Below are positions 40,301 through 44,140 of a DNA stretch of 44,140 nt, in pieces. The stretch is from positions 1 through 44,140 of the forward strand of contig NW_014040229.1 of the NCBI RefSeq assembly GCF_001186125.1, in the 5' to 3' direction. The DNA is from Sphaeroforma arctica JP610. Lineage: Eukaryota. The translations under genes and the position numbers were made by a program. The first letter of the stretch is position 1; every line of letters starts with the position of its first letter. The notes beneath the pieces are model-generated. The model ran no database searches, was not told the origin of the DNA, and saw nothing but the letters and a program-made list of their open reading frames with translations.

Positions 40301-42357
40301 GATGTGTCTGTGCGCGAGAGAATTCGAAGAAATTCAAGGTCACCAAAAGCGCCGCCGCAATCCCGCAGACGTTGGACTTGCCGAAATTTCTGAGGACACA
40401 AGTTTGATAGTAATTCGAGGCGGGATTGAGACTCTTGTGATGCGTTCGATATTTATGGAATAAGTCTGTAACCGGAAAAGGCTGCAATGCCATGCCACGT
40501 ACGAAACATGTTCTTTCGTTCGTAGTATTATTCATTCTGATATCTTTAATGAAGATGAACCACTACCGAGAGTGAATTCTCTTAACGCATGCGATTTTGC
40601 ATTTGGACACAAGAGAAGGGGCTCCTGGCGCGAAGTTATAAGGTTATGAGTTTGGGAGTGTCATCATATCCACCGACATGTCTACTTGAATTTTCAACAT
40701 AGTCCAATGAATATCAAATTGTATCATAAACACACATGCACACTGGAATACATACATACACAACAAACAAATCGCGGAAGCATGTCAGAGAAGGGGTGTA
40801 TACGCACTCCTTACCTGGCAGTGAGGTAAATCATGGCAGTCTGTAGTCCGACGAGCGTACACACGAAGACCATCATAAAATCGAACGGATCGCTGTAGAT
40901 CGATGAGCCCATTACTCGATACGCAAAAGCCATGATCACTTCCGGATATATGTTGAATCGATTCAGTGTATTGATCGTATCGGGATACTCTGAACGGGTA
41001 TTGGCGGTGAGGCCTTGGACACCTTTGGCAGGTTGGCAACAGAAGAGTAACACATGGTAAGGACTCATCCGACACTACCTGATTTCGGGTGGTGCTACAA
41101 GTTGCAGAAACACTGTGTAACTTCTAAAGCCGGTCGTAGCTGCACGAAAAAGTATGACAAACAACGCAATCAAACTCAATTGAGCATCGCAGTACCACTA
41201 TATCGGGAAAGTATACTTATGTATGCGCGTAGTTTTGGGAAATGAGATATTGTCTATAAACGAAAAACGATGCTTTTCCCAACTTTCCACGTATACAATA
41301 TTTAACACATTTTCTGAAGATTTACTACGCAACTCGCGAGCGGCGGTTGCGTCCAACCAAACGGCTTCTGTCTAATATACAATGTGCTAGGTACCTCTCT
41401 AAACGACTTGTCTTCAAATTAAGTCGGCAATCGAGTTATGGACTTGCACAAACTCGAAAACAACTATATTCATCAACACGCAGAAAAGACATAAAATCCT
41501 AATCTATGCCACAGTCACAACATATCGGTACAAGCATATTGGTGACCGCCGCGCGTTGGTGTGAGTATGTGACCAATTTTGCAGTACCATGTTACAGTGC
41601 ATCTATAGTGTGGGATTATCTTATCTTTGTTCTCAATGCAGTGGAAAAAATCATACTTATGAGAACCTGGGGCTCTAGCGAGAGGATATACATTTCGCTA
41701 ATTACAATGGATTCAAGAGCAATACTGTATGAGCCTGTCTGTCGTAGAAAAGCGTATTTTTACAATACATATGGTTTGTCGCCGCATGTATTACGATACC
41801 TTCATCTAGTCTACAGACATACATACACGTGAACTATATACACATACACATAAACTAAGAAGCACAGAAAGTACGCTTGGTAGTATAACATCAAAACATA
41901 ACAACACCAACGTCCATCAGATATGGGGTAGGAGAGACTCGTTCATCAAGCCTGATGTACACACTCGTGATTGCATAGAGAGATGCCATCAAATTGTAAC
42001 TATTAGTGCGATTTAGGAATAGCAAACTATGTATACAAAACTACGAGTCTTTAAACTCTGAATGAAATTGGTTTGTATACCTTCATGAAAGCTCGGGGCT
42101 TTGACAATGTCGTCATAAAAGGAGTAGTAGAATGCTTGCTCCGAGTACAGATTGTATCCCTTCTCTTCCGAGGCGATCGTTCTTGTGCTATACGTGATGT
42201 CATTTAAGGTCAAAAATAGATTGGATACATAGACCATAGCAAACGCCATCAATACAACACACACAAGGTTGTCCATGGTGAACAAAGTATTTGTTAAGTG
42301 CATCTGTGCGGTTCCTTTGGCCGAGCCTACACTGGATCTGGGCATCTTCTGCATCAT
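34385..42357 (-). CDS. DPY19: DPY19-family tryptophan C-mannosyltransferase (multi-pass ER membrane GT-C), ~721 aa, 11 exons
   Basis: Exons 42357-42081, 41022-40815, 40389-40257, 39623-39441, 38697-38549, 37555-37232, 36444-36206, 35935-35814, 35616-35479, 35130-34874, 34520-34385 (2166 nt, phases consistent). Motifs: SEQAFYYSFY..IVKAPSF, EYPDTINTLNRFNIYPEV, LREGFALPF, WQFSQY, MFGNEMLLTS, DDAHV, DFTT..YLC, MLRMLPFFTP, MEWI, VKLATRRPITIHPHAE. All match the DPY19 consensus in order. Confidence 0.92.
35278..35404 (+). repeat. Intronic 22-bp minisatellite (TTTGTACACAATTACATAATTA) x ~5.7
   Basis: Head-to-tail copies start at 35278, 35300, 35322, 35344, 35366 and 35388, with no spacers. Confidence 0.92.
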
Positions 42358-43290
42358 TCTTACGAGCCGTACTCGACTGTATGTAGTGCGATATTACACT
42401 GCTGATGCTTGCACATGTATCTATAAATATATATAAATATAAATATTCGATTTGAAAGCTGTGATATTTACCGACTTTGGTGCTGGAGTTCTGCGGAGAG
42501 AGGAGACTTAGCAACCAACCTATTTTTTCTAGAATAAGATTATTAGCTATTCTATCGGTGATCTCGCACGAAAGTTTTTATAACTTTTAGATTGTGACGT
42601 GTTCTGAGGTTTCTGTTGGTGACGACAACTTTTATTTAGTTTGACCGTTCTGAGTTCTGAGTTCTCACATTCTCTCTCTCTCGCGCGTATTTTTGCGTTT
42701 ATCTTTATCTTTGACACTCCCGATCTATTTAAGCTCAAAACGTTATAAATACGTTAAACCGCTTATACCTTTCCAGGAACTTATTTTAACGTTGGACCGT
42801 CTATTATGCATGATGTGTACAAACCGAAAAATAAATACACGTTTACGCTGAATTTCTACAGCTTTTCTTGTGACGATATATTTCATTTTTTTTTAGCTCT
42901 GACTCAAGACTCGCGACTCGCGAGTCTCAGTCTCTCTGACGAGTGGCTGACTCTCTGAGCCAAGCATGCCCCGTTGTAAATCACCTCGGAACTTCTGAAT
43001 AAATAAATATGTGAAGGCACACTCTCGTGTGACGGTATTGATTGGACAACCGACGGTTGGCTAAGGGTTTATTCGGTGCCTAGAAGGAGGGAGTCATATC
43101 GGATGCGTCTAATTCTGTACACGATAGTCACTACATATAGGTGTGTTGTTTGAGGGTTAACGATATAGTCAACATAGAAGTCACTGAAACGATCGAAGTC
43201 CATTTGTATATACATATACCATACACGGATGTATAAGCATACACTAATAATAAGCTCACACAAGTAGAAGCATCTACATAAACAACAGAG

Positions 43291-43458
43291 ATGAGGCCTC
43301 CCATTGTAAGTTGGTCGAGGTTGTGGCCTCCAAGTAGACGGACAATCACAATCATCGCTGTGACGTCAATCACCTCAGGTGTATTAGCCTATGGCGCACA
43401 CCGACTGTATCGGCGACTTAAGAATTCCGTTAAAGATAAAGAGCATATACTCGATCAG
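43291..43458 (+). CDS. Probable first coding exon of an unknown protein with an N-terminal membrane anchor; gene continues past the window
   Basis: MRPPIVSWSRLWPPSRRTITIIAVTSITSGVLAYGAHRLYRRLKNSVKDKEHILDQ ends at a strong donor, CAG|gtgagt. A hydrophobic segment is flanked by basic residues. I could not identify a convincing second exon. Confidence 0.5.
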
Positions 43459-44021
43459 GTGAGTGAATACTTACACACTTGCAAACCTGAATGCATGATT
43501 TTTTTTTACCATAAAGCCTTTTTTTGTGGAGTCAAAAGTACTGTTTATGAATCTTGTATTGCTTGCTTATAGTGTGTAGTAGGAATTTAAGGTGTTAGAG
43601 TTAACCAGTTAATCCTGTGAATACACAAGGTTTAGTTTCTGTCTGCTTCTCTGTCGTATGAGGTTTACTGAGAGAGTATCTGCCATATCGTATGCGTTGC
43701 ACACCTCTCTATTACTATTACATGTATCAAGCCTGAACTTCAAATCGAGAACCGTCTGTTTTTGATCATTTTACCGGGTTATCTGCAGGCTCAGTATCAT
43801 CCATATATGAGACAGTAGTAGGCATGATAAACAAAGTAGCAGCATATGCATTCTTTTCGTTGTGCAATTCGTGCACTGTGCAATGTACTTCAGAACTCGC
43901 ATCTAAGATGTACTCCTTTTCAGATTCTCACATAAACTACAGTAGCGATCGTTGGCTTATAGAAAATTATTGTAGACCAGCTATGTTCTAAGGATTAGGA
44001 CTACGATTTAAAATTTCAAGT

Positions 44022-44140
44022 ATGTATATATATATATACACACACACACACGCACACATACACATATACACACATACACACACACACACATTCCCACCCA
44101 CCCACCCACCCACACAACACATACTCACCCACCCACACAA
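44022..44140. repeat. (TA)/(CA)/(CCCA)n microsatellite
   Basis: Directly visible. Confidence 0.9.

Overview
Eukaryotic, intron-rich genomic DNA with many microsatellites and one assembly gap (27750-28126). There is no CRISPR array, operon or rRNA. Walking splice sites by hand gives four complete multi-exon genes whose phases are all consistent. (1) A secreted mosaic protein on + (6414-13231): signal peptide, PA14, Calx-beta-like, VWD with GDPH, Pro/Thr linker, C8-like, EGF repeats, and possibly extra Kazal-like 3' exons. (2) An S9A oligopeptidase B/PREPL-like serine peptidase on - (15242-26358). (3) The DEAD-box helicase DDX49/Dbp8 on + (27187-32178). (4) A DPY19-family tryptophan C-mannosyltransferase on - (34385-42357). 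The left edge holds a probable CaaX-encoding last exon and the right edge a probable first exon. Non-coding DNA carries a pogo/Tigger-type transposon remnant, a MITE-like element, a tRNA-headed SINE-like structured element with a broken hammerhead-like core, and clusters of short tandem micro-duplications upstream of genes. Animal-type domains in unusual combinations, a divergent DPY19 and compact gene spacing suggest a unicellular relative of animals such as an ichthyosporean. That is an inference and cannot be proven from this window.
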